From Anthoceros angustus (taxonomy: Eukaryota > Plantae > Anthocerotophyta), in assembly GCA_010909165.1 (NCBI GenBank), contig MU008168.1, positions 868,001 to 932,000 on the forward strand: a stretch of DNA of 64,000 bases, read 5' to 3'. Position 1 is the stretch's first letter; every line of letters starts with the position of its first letter. Of the stretch, positions 49,801 to 61,454 are shown piece by piece. The notes below the pieces were generated by a model that was not told the DNA's origin, did no database searches, and saw only the letters and a list, made by a program, of their open reading frames with translations. Made by a program: the position numbers and the translations under genes.

Positions 49801-51330
49801 GATGTGGTGACATGGAATGCTCTGATATCTGGGTATGTACAGCAAAAAAACGGCCAAGAGGCACTTCTTGTGTATGGAGTTATGGAGGAGGTTGGCGTTA
49901 TTTTGGCTGACCAGGTTACGTTTGCTTGCCTTCTCAAAGCCTGTGCAAGCAGTGGTGCTTTACTGAAGGGCAGGCACCTACACTCGCAGATTGTGGAACG
50001 AGGACTCATCAGTGATGTAGTGTTGGGCACCGGCCTGGTGGACATGTATGCAAAATGTGGTGAACTTGATGATGCACGCCAGGTTTTTGACAGCATGAAC
50101 ACAAGGGATGTGGTGACATGGACCGCCCTGATATCTGGGTATACCGAGAAAGGGCTTGGACATGAGGCGCTTGTTCTTCATCGACAAATGGAGCAAGAAG
50201 GCCTCATTTTGGCTAACCATGTCACTTTTGCTTGCCTTCTCAAGGCCTGTGGAAGCACTGGTGCATTACAAAAGGGCAGGCAGTTGCACTCCCAGATTGT
50301 CAAAAGTGGACTGCTGGATGACATACTGGTGGGAAACTGCCTGGTGGACATGTATGCAAAATGTGGTGAGCTGGAAGATGCACGCCAGGTCTTTGACAGC
50401 ATGAACAGAAAGGATGTGGTGACATGGAACGCCCTGATATCTGGGTGTGGTACTTGTGATGAAGGTCACAAGGCACTAGCTTGTTTTGAGGAGATGTTAG
50501 TTGCCGGCATTCAGCCTAATGACGTTACGTTTACTTGCCTTTTAGTAGCATGTAGTCACGGGGGACTGGTCCACGAGGGTCGCAGGCACTTTGATTCGAT
50601 GGCTGAACAGCATGGCATCGAACCTACTATTGAGCATTACATTTGCATGATTGATCTTCTTGGGCGAGCAGGCCAGTTAGATGACGCAGAGAAGATGCTA
50701 TTGTCATGTGAGGGCCAAAGTAATATTGTCGGCTTGACGTCGTTGTTGAATGCCTGCAAAAGTCACGGGGATATAGACAGGGCAACGTGGTGTTTCGAAA
50801 GCATTCTCAGGCTGGACCCTCAGGAAGCGGCCGCCTATGTGCTCATGGCCAATGCCTATGCAGATGCAGGTCGGTGGACTGATGTAGACAGGATTGAAAC
50901 ACAGAGAAAGGTAGCAGGAGCTAACAAGAAACCTGCAGTTACGACGATTGAAGTGAACAAGCAGGTACATAGGTTCGTGGTGGGAGAAAGGAGAGAGGAT
51001 ATTGCGCTGAAGGTAAAGAGCACGAATGCCCGTCTAAAGCAGGAAGGAGGCCACGTACCTCACACACAGTTGGTATTGAAGCCTCTGTCTGAGAAGGAAA
51101 AGGAAGATGTGCTTTGTGGGCATGCTGAGAAGCTAGCTCTGGCTTTTGGCCTCTTGAACACTCCGAGTGGGACACCTCTGGTGGTAACGAAGAATCTACG
51201 AATGTGCAGTGACTGCCACAGTTCCACGGAGATCATGTCGAGGGTTGAACAGAGAGACATCGTTGTGAGGGATGGGTACCGAGTGCATCGCTTCGCAAAT
51301 GGCTGTTGCAGTTGTAAGGGTCGACCGTGA
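46885..51330 (+). CDS. PPR-DYW:KP (GRP) gene 3 with two N-terminal PDF motifs; interrupted by near-identical repeats of the first PPR motifs (about 48110-49090)
   Basis: ORF 46885-48312 has the putative transit peptide, two PDF-like motifs and the first PPRs. The intact 747-aa ORF 49087-51330 has PLS triplets, P2-L2-S2, E1, E2 and KKPAVTTIEV..HAEKLA..CSDCH..CSCKGRP. Confidence 0.92.
47128..47292 (+). other. OSB-type PDF motif 1 (gene 3)
   Basis: LWQQFFLDPTIWWDNRRDQKSSRSPDFRRKGSGGVLWLTSMFKPAWVDDQLVSLD. Confidence 0.82.
47476..47640 (+). other. OSB-type PDF motif 2 (gene 3)
   Basis: LWQQLFHEPTMWWDNRRDKKSSRSPDFRRKGSGEVLWLNNMLKPAWVDDHLVSLD. Confidence 0.82.
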
Positions 51331-52184
51331 CAAAAACCAAGAACAGGTAGGTATATAATTTCAACGCATTGGGGCTGCCATCAGGATTGCCAAGTCCTCG
51401 ACGCACGCACTTCGGGTCCCGGGATTGGTGATAGCCTGGTCCCTGATTAGTGTAGCTGACTCCTCTGCGTAAAGACTGCTGAACCTGCCTCAAAAATTAA
51501 AATGAAGATAATGTTTTAGACGGCCGAACTTGTACCAAAAATTAAAATAAAAGGGTTGGGCACGACAGTGTCGAACCCTGGTCTGCTATCCGGGGATAGA
51601 GTAATCCAGGTACGTACTGGACGTAGATACATTCGAGGGGGCTGCCCACACGAAACGGAGCTGTTTATTCGCGGGAGTCTTAATTAAACTGTGCCCGAGC
51701 TGTGTGACGGTGGAGTCGGAATGCCGGTGCGTGTCCCCAAGCTGGAGTAGCGACGGAGCTAGAAGTCATTCGGGGTGCGGATGGAGGAAGAGGTTTCAAG
51801 TAAGTGTTTTCTATATTTTTGGTATCACCTGGATACGTGGTCCATGTTGTCGTGCTTTGAAGGCCTACACATCGATACCCGATGAAAGTTAATGCACCTG
51901 CCACGTCGCTGTTGTGAGCCTTCTGGCGCCATTCGTTTCGCTAGCACGCGGCCTTCCCAGTTCTCATCCTCCGTCCTGTGAGTTGAACGCGGTCTTGCAG
52001 TGTGCGATCACGCGATGGTAAACCATGCGTGCATGAACCATGCCTGGATCACGCGATAATAAACCATGCGCTTATCAGCCTGTAGAGTTTCCCGGTTATG
52101 ATGAACTTAATGTGTTGAGAGCGGAAGGAACGCTAATGGAACGCTGGCTTTGAGAGCGCGTTCATCTTTTGTCTCGCCGTTTCC

Positions 52185-52640
52185 TCTAGAAGAGTTGATT
52201 GCTTGTCTATCATACCTCGATGGAAAGCTTACAACAAGACGGACAAGCCGGTGTGAAGCACGCTCAGTTTCAATGAAAGGTGACAGAGATATGAGCAAAG
52301 GAATCCTTTGAAAGGCATGCAATCTATTTCTCTACCCGCTTTGTCCAGATGAGTCAAATGCTTTCTTATCATACTTCAATGGAAAGCTTACAACAAGACG
52401 GACAAGCCGGTATGAAGCACGCTTGGTTTCGATCAAAGATGAAGGAGATATGAACCGAAGAAGCTTTTGAAAGGCAGTTCACATTTTGTCTACCCGCTGT
52501 CTCCAGAAGAGTCAAATGCTCCCCTGTCATACATCGATGAAAAGAAATCTTACGAGACGGACAAGCGTATGCAGGCTACTTGGCTTCGATCAAGGACAAC
52601 AGAGCTACTACGGAAAGCGCCTTTGAAACAATGGTCACAG
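52185..52640. repeat. diverged tandem repeat, about 155-160-bp unit x3, downstream of the MULE transposase
   Basis: Recurrent CAGA(A/T)GAGTCAAATGCT..TCATAC..GATGGAAAGCTTACAACAAGACGGACAAGCCGGT..CTTTGAAAGGCA. Confidence 0.75.
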
Positions 52641-52651
52641 TTTCCAAGTCA

Positions 52652-55600
52652 CTACTTTTTCTTCTTCCTTGGCACTTCATCAAACCCTCTCAACCGTTGC
52701 AAACTGTTTGAACCTTCATTCGCAGCAGCTCTTGTAATGGCATTTGTGACCAAGGTCTCTCTCTCTGTAAGTATCCGAATTTGATGTAAGGTTTGTTCCA
52801 TGATAGCGGCAATATCAAAACACAGATCCTTGTGATGGAAAGCAACCTCACAAATCTCCCTACATCCTGCTTCAATTGTGTCCATCCTTCGCTGCTGAGT
52901 TTGCTGGAAACGTGAGGTCTTTGCACTTGTTGCCACCAAACTGCTGTCAGGGATGACAAGTTTCGGGTTTTCCTGGTCCTGTAGCCAATAGGACATTGCT
53001 AAAGTAGACGTTGCTGCCCATCAGGGCAATATGCAGCAGAACGGGAGTACACTCCTTCACACACTCCTTCACAGGTGCAGTTCCATCTTTGCAGGCGACA
53101 AGTAATTGCTGAACCTTAATAATATGCTTGCATATGAACCCTTTCAGGCCCATAGGGCATGTGCACGTTGCCCATGGTGAATCTGCATGATCTATAACAT
53201 ACCAAGTAGACTCAATGGAGGAAGACAAGCGGTGAGCCGCCCAAGCAATCCTCTTGTAGGGCATGGTAGAATTCACAGTTCGGTGGAATCTCCGAGCTTG
53301 TAGAACCGCATGCCCCATCGAAACTCTTGTTTCTTATTTAGAACATAGCCTCCTTCTTTAGTGAAGTGCTGGTACCGATGTCGTGCTACCACAAAACCAG
53401 TGGTATAGTAACCAATCCAATGCGTGCGCAGGTAGCTTTGGAAAAGATACACGTTCTTTCAAGAAGCGGTGAAATGCTTCCGCCGAGGTAGTATTCACGG
53501 CATGAGGGAATAGCCGAGCATTACGGATCCACATTTCGCAGCAACAATCATTCACTTGTCGGGGTTCACACAGGTAGAGCAAAAACATGAAGTGCGTGAA
53601 AATGAACTAACCCATTATGGAATCCCGAGCTTTGAAATACGAAGCGTAAGCGGGTTGTTTGACCTCCACTTGGCATAGAATGCGAGATAGCATAGACCTT
53701 GCGTGCTCAAACAAATGGTCTGTGGTTGCACCTTGGACATACATAATTCCACCTAGTTCTGCCCAAATTGCTTTCCGGTCATCCATGTCACGTACCTTGC
53801 TTAGCAGTTGACGTCGCCAAGCTTTACGAACATGCCACAAACACAATATGATCGGCATGTTATGTGACCAAACCTGTTGGATAGCTGTTATCTCAGCTTG
53901 GCAATCATCCACGATGAAGGAGCTCGGAATCCATGCAGGGTCACGTTTGAATACTGCGGTAGGACTGAGCCATGGAACCATCGAGGCAATTGTTGCCTCC
54001 TTGGAAATCACCAAGCAACGGTACTCCGTTAAAATGAGGGTCAAACACCATCATGAACAAATTGTACTTGTACTTGTTCATGCCGAATGTGGCATCCATA
54101 GCTAAAACACTATTATTTCCATCTTTGTACCATAGCCTCCAACATGAATGGGGTCTGAATTCCCAAGCAGAATGGTTTGTCATTAGGTGCCAAGTAAAAT
54201 ACCAGAGACGCATTTTGCGCAAGCCACATGGAAACAGAGGTGCAATCATCAACATGAAGCTTGTATTCACCTATATCCAACTGAGTAGCAATGTTCAAAA
54301 CATCTTGCCGTAACATGTAGTCATCTCTAACGTGTTTGTATGGCTCTGCTGAATTATTTACCTTCATGAACACAGCATCCTTGTGTCGACGCATAATTTC
54401 ATCGACGGACACCTTGCAGTACAAGCAGTGGCGGACCCACTCCTTCTTCTCATGAGAAAGCCAGGCTGCTCGAACATCTCGAGGCAGGCCTGTGTAAGCG
54501 GAACCATGACAAATAGCAGCCCCCAAATCAGTATGATTGTCTTCATACAAGCCAATCTCGGCAACCATGGGCCACAGCAATAACTGCTTTACACGAAAGT
54601 TAGCTTGACATCCATGCTTCACACTCTCTTCTCTCGCATTTTGCGCAAGCCACATGGAAACAGAGGTGCAATCATCAACATGAAGCTTGTATTCACCTAT
54701 ATCCAAGCGAGTAGCAATGTTCAAAACATCTTGCCGTAACATGTAGTCATCTCTAACGTGTTCGTATGGCTCTGCTGAATTATTTACCTTCATGAACACG
54801 GCATCCTTGTGTCGACGCATAATTTCATCGACGGACACCTTGCATGCATGGACCTCCTTCTTCTCATGAGAAAGCTGCTCGAACATCTCGGCGAGCTGTA
54901 AGCCGGAACCATGACAAATAGCGAAAATCGGTATGATTGTCTTCATACAAGCCAATCTCGGCAACCATGGGCCACGGAATAAGCGCTTTACACGAAAGTT
55001 AGCTTGACATCCATGCTTCACACTCTCTCCTCGCAATTTTGCACTGTTTTGAACACTTAAGAGGCCTTGAGGACTAGATTGCGAAAATCCTCGGGCCCAT
55101 ATGAACACCGATTACACGAGCGTTGAGCGTGATCAGTTCCTCACATGGCGGTATAAGTAAGGCTACCCTAAATCCCTGTCCTTTATCTGTGAGGGCCACA
55201 TGTAAGATAAGGTGAAGTGAAGACTACCGATTAAAGTCAACGGAAAAAATCGGATGGTACCTTGTAGGAAAGGTGGGAGCGGTGTTATAGGTTTCAAGAG
55301 CTTATTGGGTCCCTTTGAATCCTTCTTATAGAAATTTGTTGGATGCTCTTTGTTTGCGCTCATACCACAAAACCAGCTGGTAGTAACCAATCCAATCTGC
55401 GTGCGAGCATAGTAGCTTTGGAAAAAGATACACGTTCTTTCAAGAAGCGGTGAAATGCTTCCGCCGGTAGTATTCTGCCCGGCATGAGGGAATAGCCGAG
55501 CATTACAAATCCACATTTCTGCAGCAACAATCATTCACTTGTCAGGGGTTCACGAAGGTAGAGCAAAAACATGAAGTGCGTGAAAATGAACTAACCCATT

Positions 55601-58600
55601 ATGGAATCCCGAGCTTTGAAATACGAAGCGTAAGCGGGTTGTTTGACCTCCACTTGGCATAGAATGCGAGATAGCATAGACCTTGCGGTGCTCAAACAAA
55701 TGGTATTGTGGTTGCACCTTGGACATACATAATTCCACCTAGTTACGCCCAAATTGCTTCCGGTCATCCATGTCACGTACCTTGCTTAGATTGGCGTCCA
55801 AGCTTTACGAACATGCCACAAACACAATATGATCGGCATGTTATGTGACCAAACTTGTTGGATAGTGTTATCTCGACTTGGCAATCATCCACGATGAAGG
55901 AGCTCGGAATCCATGCGGTCACGTTTGAATACTGCGGTACGAAAGCCATGGAACCATCGAGGCAATTGTTGCCTCCTTGGAAATCACCCAAGCAACGGTA
56001 CTCCGTTAAAATGAGGGTCAAACACCATCACGGTGAACAAATTGTACTTGTACTTGTTCATGCCGAATGTGGCATCCATAGCTAAAACACTATTATTTCC
56101 ATCACCATAGCCTCCAACATGAATGGGTCCGAATTCCCAAGCGAATGGTTTGTCATCGTGCCAAGTAAAATACCAGACGCATTTTTAAAGCCACATGGAA
56201 ACAGAGGTGCAATCATCAACATGAAGCTTGTATTCACCTATATCCAAGCGAGTAGCAATGTTCAAAACATCTTGCGTAACATGTAGTCATCTCTAACGTG
56301 TTCGTATGGCTCTGCTGAATTATTTACCTTCATGAACACGGCATCCTTGTGTCGACGCATAATTTCGACGGACACCTTGCAAGCGATGGCGGACCCACTC
56401 CTTCTTCTCATGAGAAAGCCAGTTTCGAACATCTCGGCGAGCTGAAGCGGAACCATGACAAATAGCATCGGTATGATTGTCTTCATACAAGCCAATCTCG
56501 GCAACCATGGGCCACAATAAGCGCTTTACGAAAGTTAGCTTGACATCCATGCTTCACTCTCTCCTCTCGCAATTTTGCACTTATTTGAACACTTAAGAGG
56601 CCTTGAGGACTAGATTGCCGAAAATCCTCGGGCCCATATGAACACCGATGCACCGCGAGCGTTGAGCGTCATCGAGTTCCTCACATGGCGGTATAAGTAA
56701 GGCTACCCTAAATCCCACAAGTCCTTTGTCTGTTGAGTGCCACATGTAAGATAAGGTGAAGTGAAGACTACCGATTAAAGTCAACGGAAAAAATCAGGAT
56801 GGTACCTGTGTAGGAAAGGGTGTGGATGAGACTGTTATAGGTTTCAAGAGCTTGTTGGGTCCCTTTGAATCCTTCTTATAGAAATTTGTTGGATGCTCTT
56901 TGTTTGCGCTCATACCACTACAAAGTCCACCACTACATCCATCAAGATGTGAGCAACACGAATCATCCGATGCCCATGTGCCCATTTCGAATGGCTCGAG
57001 AGGAGCACACCCACTCCAAATCTGCGGTGAAGTGTCGGGGTTCACGAAGGTAGAGCAAAAACATGAAGTGCGTGAAAATGAACTAACCCATTATGGAATC
57101 CCGAGCTTTGAAATACGAAGCGTAAGCGGGTTGTTTGACCTCCACTTGGCATAGAATGCGAGATAGCATAGACCTTGCGGTGCTCAAACAAATGGTATTG
57201 TGGTTGCACCTTGGACATACATAATTCCACCTAGTTACGCCCAAATTGCTTCCGGTCATCCATGTCACGTACCTTGCTTAGATTGGCGTCCAAGCTTTAC
57301 GAACATGCCACAAACACAATATGATCGGCATGTTATGTGACCAAACTTGTTGGATAGTGTTATCTCGACTTGGCAATCATCCACGATGAAGGAGCTCGGA
57401 ATCCATGCGGTCACGTTTGAATACTGCGGTACGAAAGCCATGGAACCATCGAGGCAATTGTTGCCTCCTTGGAAATCACCCAAGCAACGGTACTCCGTTA
57501 AAATGAGGGTCAAACACCATCACGGTGAACAAATTGTACTTGTACTTGTTCATGCCGAATGTGGCATCCATAGCTAAAACACTATTATTTCCATCACCAT
57601 AGCCTCCAACATGAATGGGTCCGAATTCCCAAGCGAATGGTTTGTCATCGTGCCAAGTAAAATACCAGACGCATTTTTAAAGCCACATGGAAACAGAGGT
57701 GCAATCATCAACATGAAGCTTGTATTCACCTATATCCAAGCGAGTAGCAATGTTCAAAACATCTTGCGTAACATGTAGTCATCTCTAACGTGTTCGTATG
57801 GCTCTGCTGAATTATTTACCTTCATGAACACGGCATCCTTGTGTCGACGCATAATTTCGACGGACACCTTGCAAGCGATGGCGGACCTCCTTCTTCTCAT
57901 GAGAAAGCCAGTTTCGAACATCTCGGCGAGCTGAAGCGGAACCATGACAAATAGCATCGGTATGATTGTCTTCATACAAGCCAATCTCGGCAACCATGGG
58001 CCACAATAAGCGCTTTACGAAAGTTAGCTTGACATCCATGCTTCACTCTCTCCTCTCGCAATTTTGCACTTATTTGAACACTTAAGAGGCCTTGAGGACT
58101 AGATTGCCGAAAATCCTCGGGCCCATATGAACACCGATGCACCGCGAGCGTTGAGCGTCATCGAGTTCCTCACATGGCGGTATAAGTAAGGCTACCCTAA
58201 ATCCCACAAGTCCTTTGTCTGTTGAGTGCCACATGTAAGATAAGGTGAAGTGAAGACTACCGATTAAAGTCAACGGAAAAAATCAGGATGGTACCTGTGT
58301 AGGAAAGGGCTGTGTGGATGAGACTGTTATAGGTTTCAAGAGCTTGTTGGGTCCCGTTGAATCCTTCTTATAGAAATTTATTGGATGCTCTTTGTTTGCG
58401 CTCATACCAGCTACAAAGTCCACCACTCTGTCCATCAAGATGTGAGCAACACGAATCATCCGCTGATGCCCATGTGCCCATTCCGAATGGCTCTGAGAGG
58501 AGCACACCCACTCCAAATCTACAGCTGAGAAGTGTCCAGGTTTAGGCAATTGCACCACGAATGGTGTATCCCAGCCGCTCCTCAAAATTTTTGCACTCAG

Positions 58601-58620
58601 TCGATCCATGTACACTAAGC
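52652..58620 (-). mobile_element. Mutator-like (MULE) DDE transposase with SWIM zinc finger, frameshifted, with partial tandem copies
   Basis: KHGCQANFRVK N-terminal zinc finger; VLAMDATFGMNKYKYNLF..VFDPHFNGVP (first D); FIVDDCQAEITAIQQVW..ILCLWHVRKAW (second D, CxxH); NTTSAEAFHRFLK (E); SWIM CTCPMGLKGFICKH at 52947-53318. Further copies at about 55370-56890 and 57036-58400. Confidence 0.88.
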
Positions 58621-59556
58621 TCAATCAAAGCGCCCTTGACAAGTAAGATCATCGCCTAATCAACCCCTTTGGTGGTGGCGAAACTTTGAACATAGCAGAC
58701 GATCGCTTGAATGAACATTAGGGTTAATGGTGGTTGCCACGAAGGTAGGTATTGTAAGCGTAATTGGCGCATGGTTTGATGCCCGCACCGCCACACCGCA
58801 CGGAATAGCTCACGGACGGAGGATGAGAACTGGTAAGGCCGCGTCGTTGGTAAAGCAATGGCTTTTGGCACCCGTGAGCCAACTGCACAACCGCGCGGTA
58901 CATGGCAAGCATTAACTTCCATCGGGTATCGATGTGTAGGCGCTTTGAAGAGTCTTGGTATCACCTTGATATGCTGTCTAATTGATATTCTGTTTTGAAG
59001 AGTCTTGCTTCTAAATATCTAAGATTTAACAAAGCTTCTCGTATATATTTTATTTTATACTTATTTTTACATGTATGTATAGTGGGGAGGCCAGCCCCAT
59101 AGTGATGTATATGTGTATTATAAGTGCACATTATCTAATGCTTTCCCTTGGGCATTTCCTCTCCGTCTAATGTAAAGTTACTCGTCATCATCCACTCTCA
59201 ATGGTAGGTCACAACATATAACAGCCACAAGGGAACCCAACTTACTTTGGCCCCCTACTTTAAATTTGTATGTATGAAAATATTCTATTACACTTGTTAT
59301 CTGAGAAATTTTCTATTACACTTGTTATCTGGGTCTCACTACTCGTCCCCTTCTCCCCCCTACCTCCCCCTTAATCTGCGTTTGTTAACAAGCCATATGA
59401 ACAAAACTTTTCACACAATTTAACAAACACCATCCAACTTTGTTCATCACATCACATCAAAGGTAATGCACATTGGACAAAACCACAATACAACAGGCAC
59501 AGCCTCCAACTGAGGTTCTAGATAATAGATATGTCATCCACAACAACATGTAATGA

Positions 59557-60340
59557 TCATTGCCAGGGTCTCCTTACCCTGTTTAGGTAAATCCTTTTAG
59601 GAACAAACGCTCGCAAATCAATCGTTGGGTTCAAATGTGGCAAATGGCATTGAGCACAATTTTTCATGTGTTCCAAACATGTCGTGCCATCTCTTCCCTC
59701 TAGCTCCAAAATGCCACTCGCCTTTATATTATCTTGCTTGCACATTGTAGTCATAGTTCTCTTTTGTAGGTAGACATAATCTCGAACCTCAAATTTTCTC
59801 ATCTTGAGCCTAAAATGCCCACTTCTTGTCTTCTTATATCTCAACTCATCCTTATGCTGATCAATCAATAAATTGTTCAAGGCCATGGGCATAATCCTCT
59901 TGAACAACTCCACCTTATGCTTGACCACCTTCCGCCATTGATTAGGGTCATCCAACCCAAGAATAGTGTTCACCTTATCCTCCAACATTCCAAAGATAGT
60001 TGAGGTCTCCTACCAAACAATAACAAAGAAGGTGAAAATTTTCCCAAGGATCGATGCTTGCCTACTCATTCTATAACACATGCAAAAAAAGGTAACATCT
60101 TGTCTCATTCAATTTTATCCATCACGAAACAATACTTCCTAAACTCATTCTTACACATTTGAGCCATCCTTTCTCCCAGAGCGTCAACCTTACGATGATT
60201 CCTGGATGTCATCCTATGGTCAATAAGATACTCATGCATTAGTTCATCAAACTCTCTCCCATGAACTCCACACCTTGATCAGTCAAAACTTCGACATAAG
60301 CTCTAAACACACTTAGTCTATGATTGAGGAATGCCTCTTT
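59557..60340 (-). pseudogene. Ty3/gypsy integrase remnant
   Basis: Minus strand reads EVLTDQGVEFMG..IDHRMTSRNH..DALGERMAQMCK (core), then KFEVRDYVYLQ..GILELEGRDG..EHMKNCAQCHLP. Confidence 0.8.
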
Positions 60341-60935
60341 TATGCTAATTGTTTGTGAACTTGGGTTATTATTACAGAGTAAGTGCTTGTGAACCAATCC
60401 ACTTGGATGCTTAAATGAGTTATTATAATATCGTGTATAGTTGGTAGGGGAGAGGCGTCTTGAATATTGTCTTGTATTAGCAAGTAGAGGACGGGCCTCA
60501 ACTTCTCCCCAAACAGTTGGGATACGCGCATAGCGCCACTTGTTGGCAAGGGTGCTCTGGTGGATATATGGCCAGACATGAATTTAATGAAACATGTTTT
60601 TAAGACTTCCATCCCTCAAAGCGCACACAAAACATAACTGCTAATATAATAGCACTATTGATAATTCAAATTTTATATTATTGTTTTACAAAAGCCACTA
60701 CTGATTCAAAATCTACACTATTATTCTCCATCCTACTCGTCGTTGCCACCTCCTTCTACCTCCCGCTCTATGTCCTTATCTCCTTCGTCTTTGTTTGGGG
60801 CCTCTATTTCCCCATCTGCATGCTTCCATAGTGTGTTGCACTATACCGAGCTGTGTAGCTTGCAAGCAATTGATTTATGGTTGGAAATTGCTTTGCGTGA
60901 CGAATATTGCAGCTACATGATTCACATTCAAGCTT

Positions 60936-61117
60936 TCTTGTTCATGCCGCATGCGTAACAATGCAACCTTCAACAAAGGAGATGACAACTGCAAACGTAT
61001 ATTACAGTACTATATCAAGTGCTGAAGATTGCATTGTTACGCATGCGGCGTGAACAAGATGGCATCTAGGTATCGATGGCATGAAAATAGTGCTATTGTC
61101 ATGCCATCGCTACCTAG
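60936..61117. repeat. two adjacent inverted repeats (hairpins)
   Basis: 39-bp arms at 60936-60974 and 61021-61059 (3 mismatches); 25-bp arms at 61066-61090 and 61093-61117 (2 mismatches). Confidence 0.85.
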
Positions 61118-61454
61118 TGTCAAAAGCCACCATCTGGTTGTCATTGCATACCAACTATTCAGTCTAAAAACAATCAATGTCATTAGGCTAGCTGCTGCTT
61201 GCTAACACTCATTGCTACATTTGTCAGCCGCAGTCGCACATTGTGCTCCCCTTTCACACCACTCTGCAACTCACACATTCACACTGGCTAAACAGACCAG
61301 CTACCAGTTGCTATCTGTCCCTTTTTATTGGTGCATCTGACAACTTCATTGCTGATTCTACTGCTGTCAGACACACACATCCTGATTTTAGTGCCACCAT
61401 TTCCCCTTTGTTGGTTGATGCTTCCCCAGGATTCCGGGCACTGTTCATGTATGC

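Noticed and set aside
51552-51650. tRNA- or SINE-like sequence on the minus strand (GGGTTCGACAC...GTGCCCA followed by a T-rich tail)
   Set aside because: Only a B-box-like motif is visible; I could not build D or anticodon arms.
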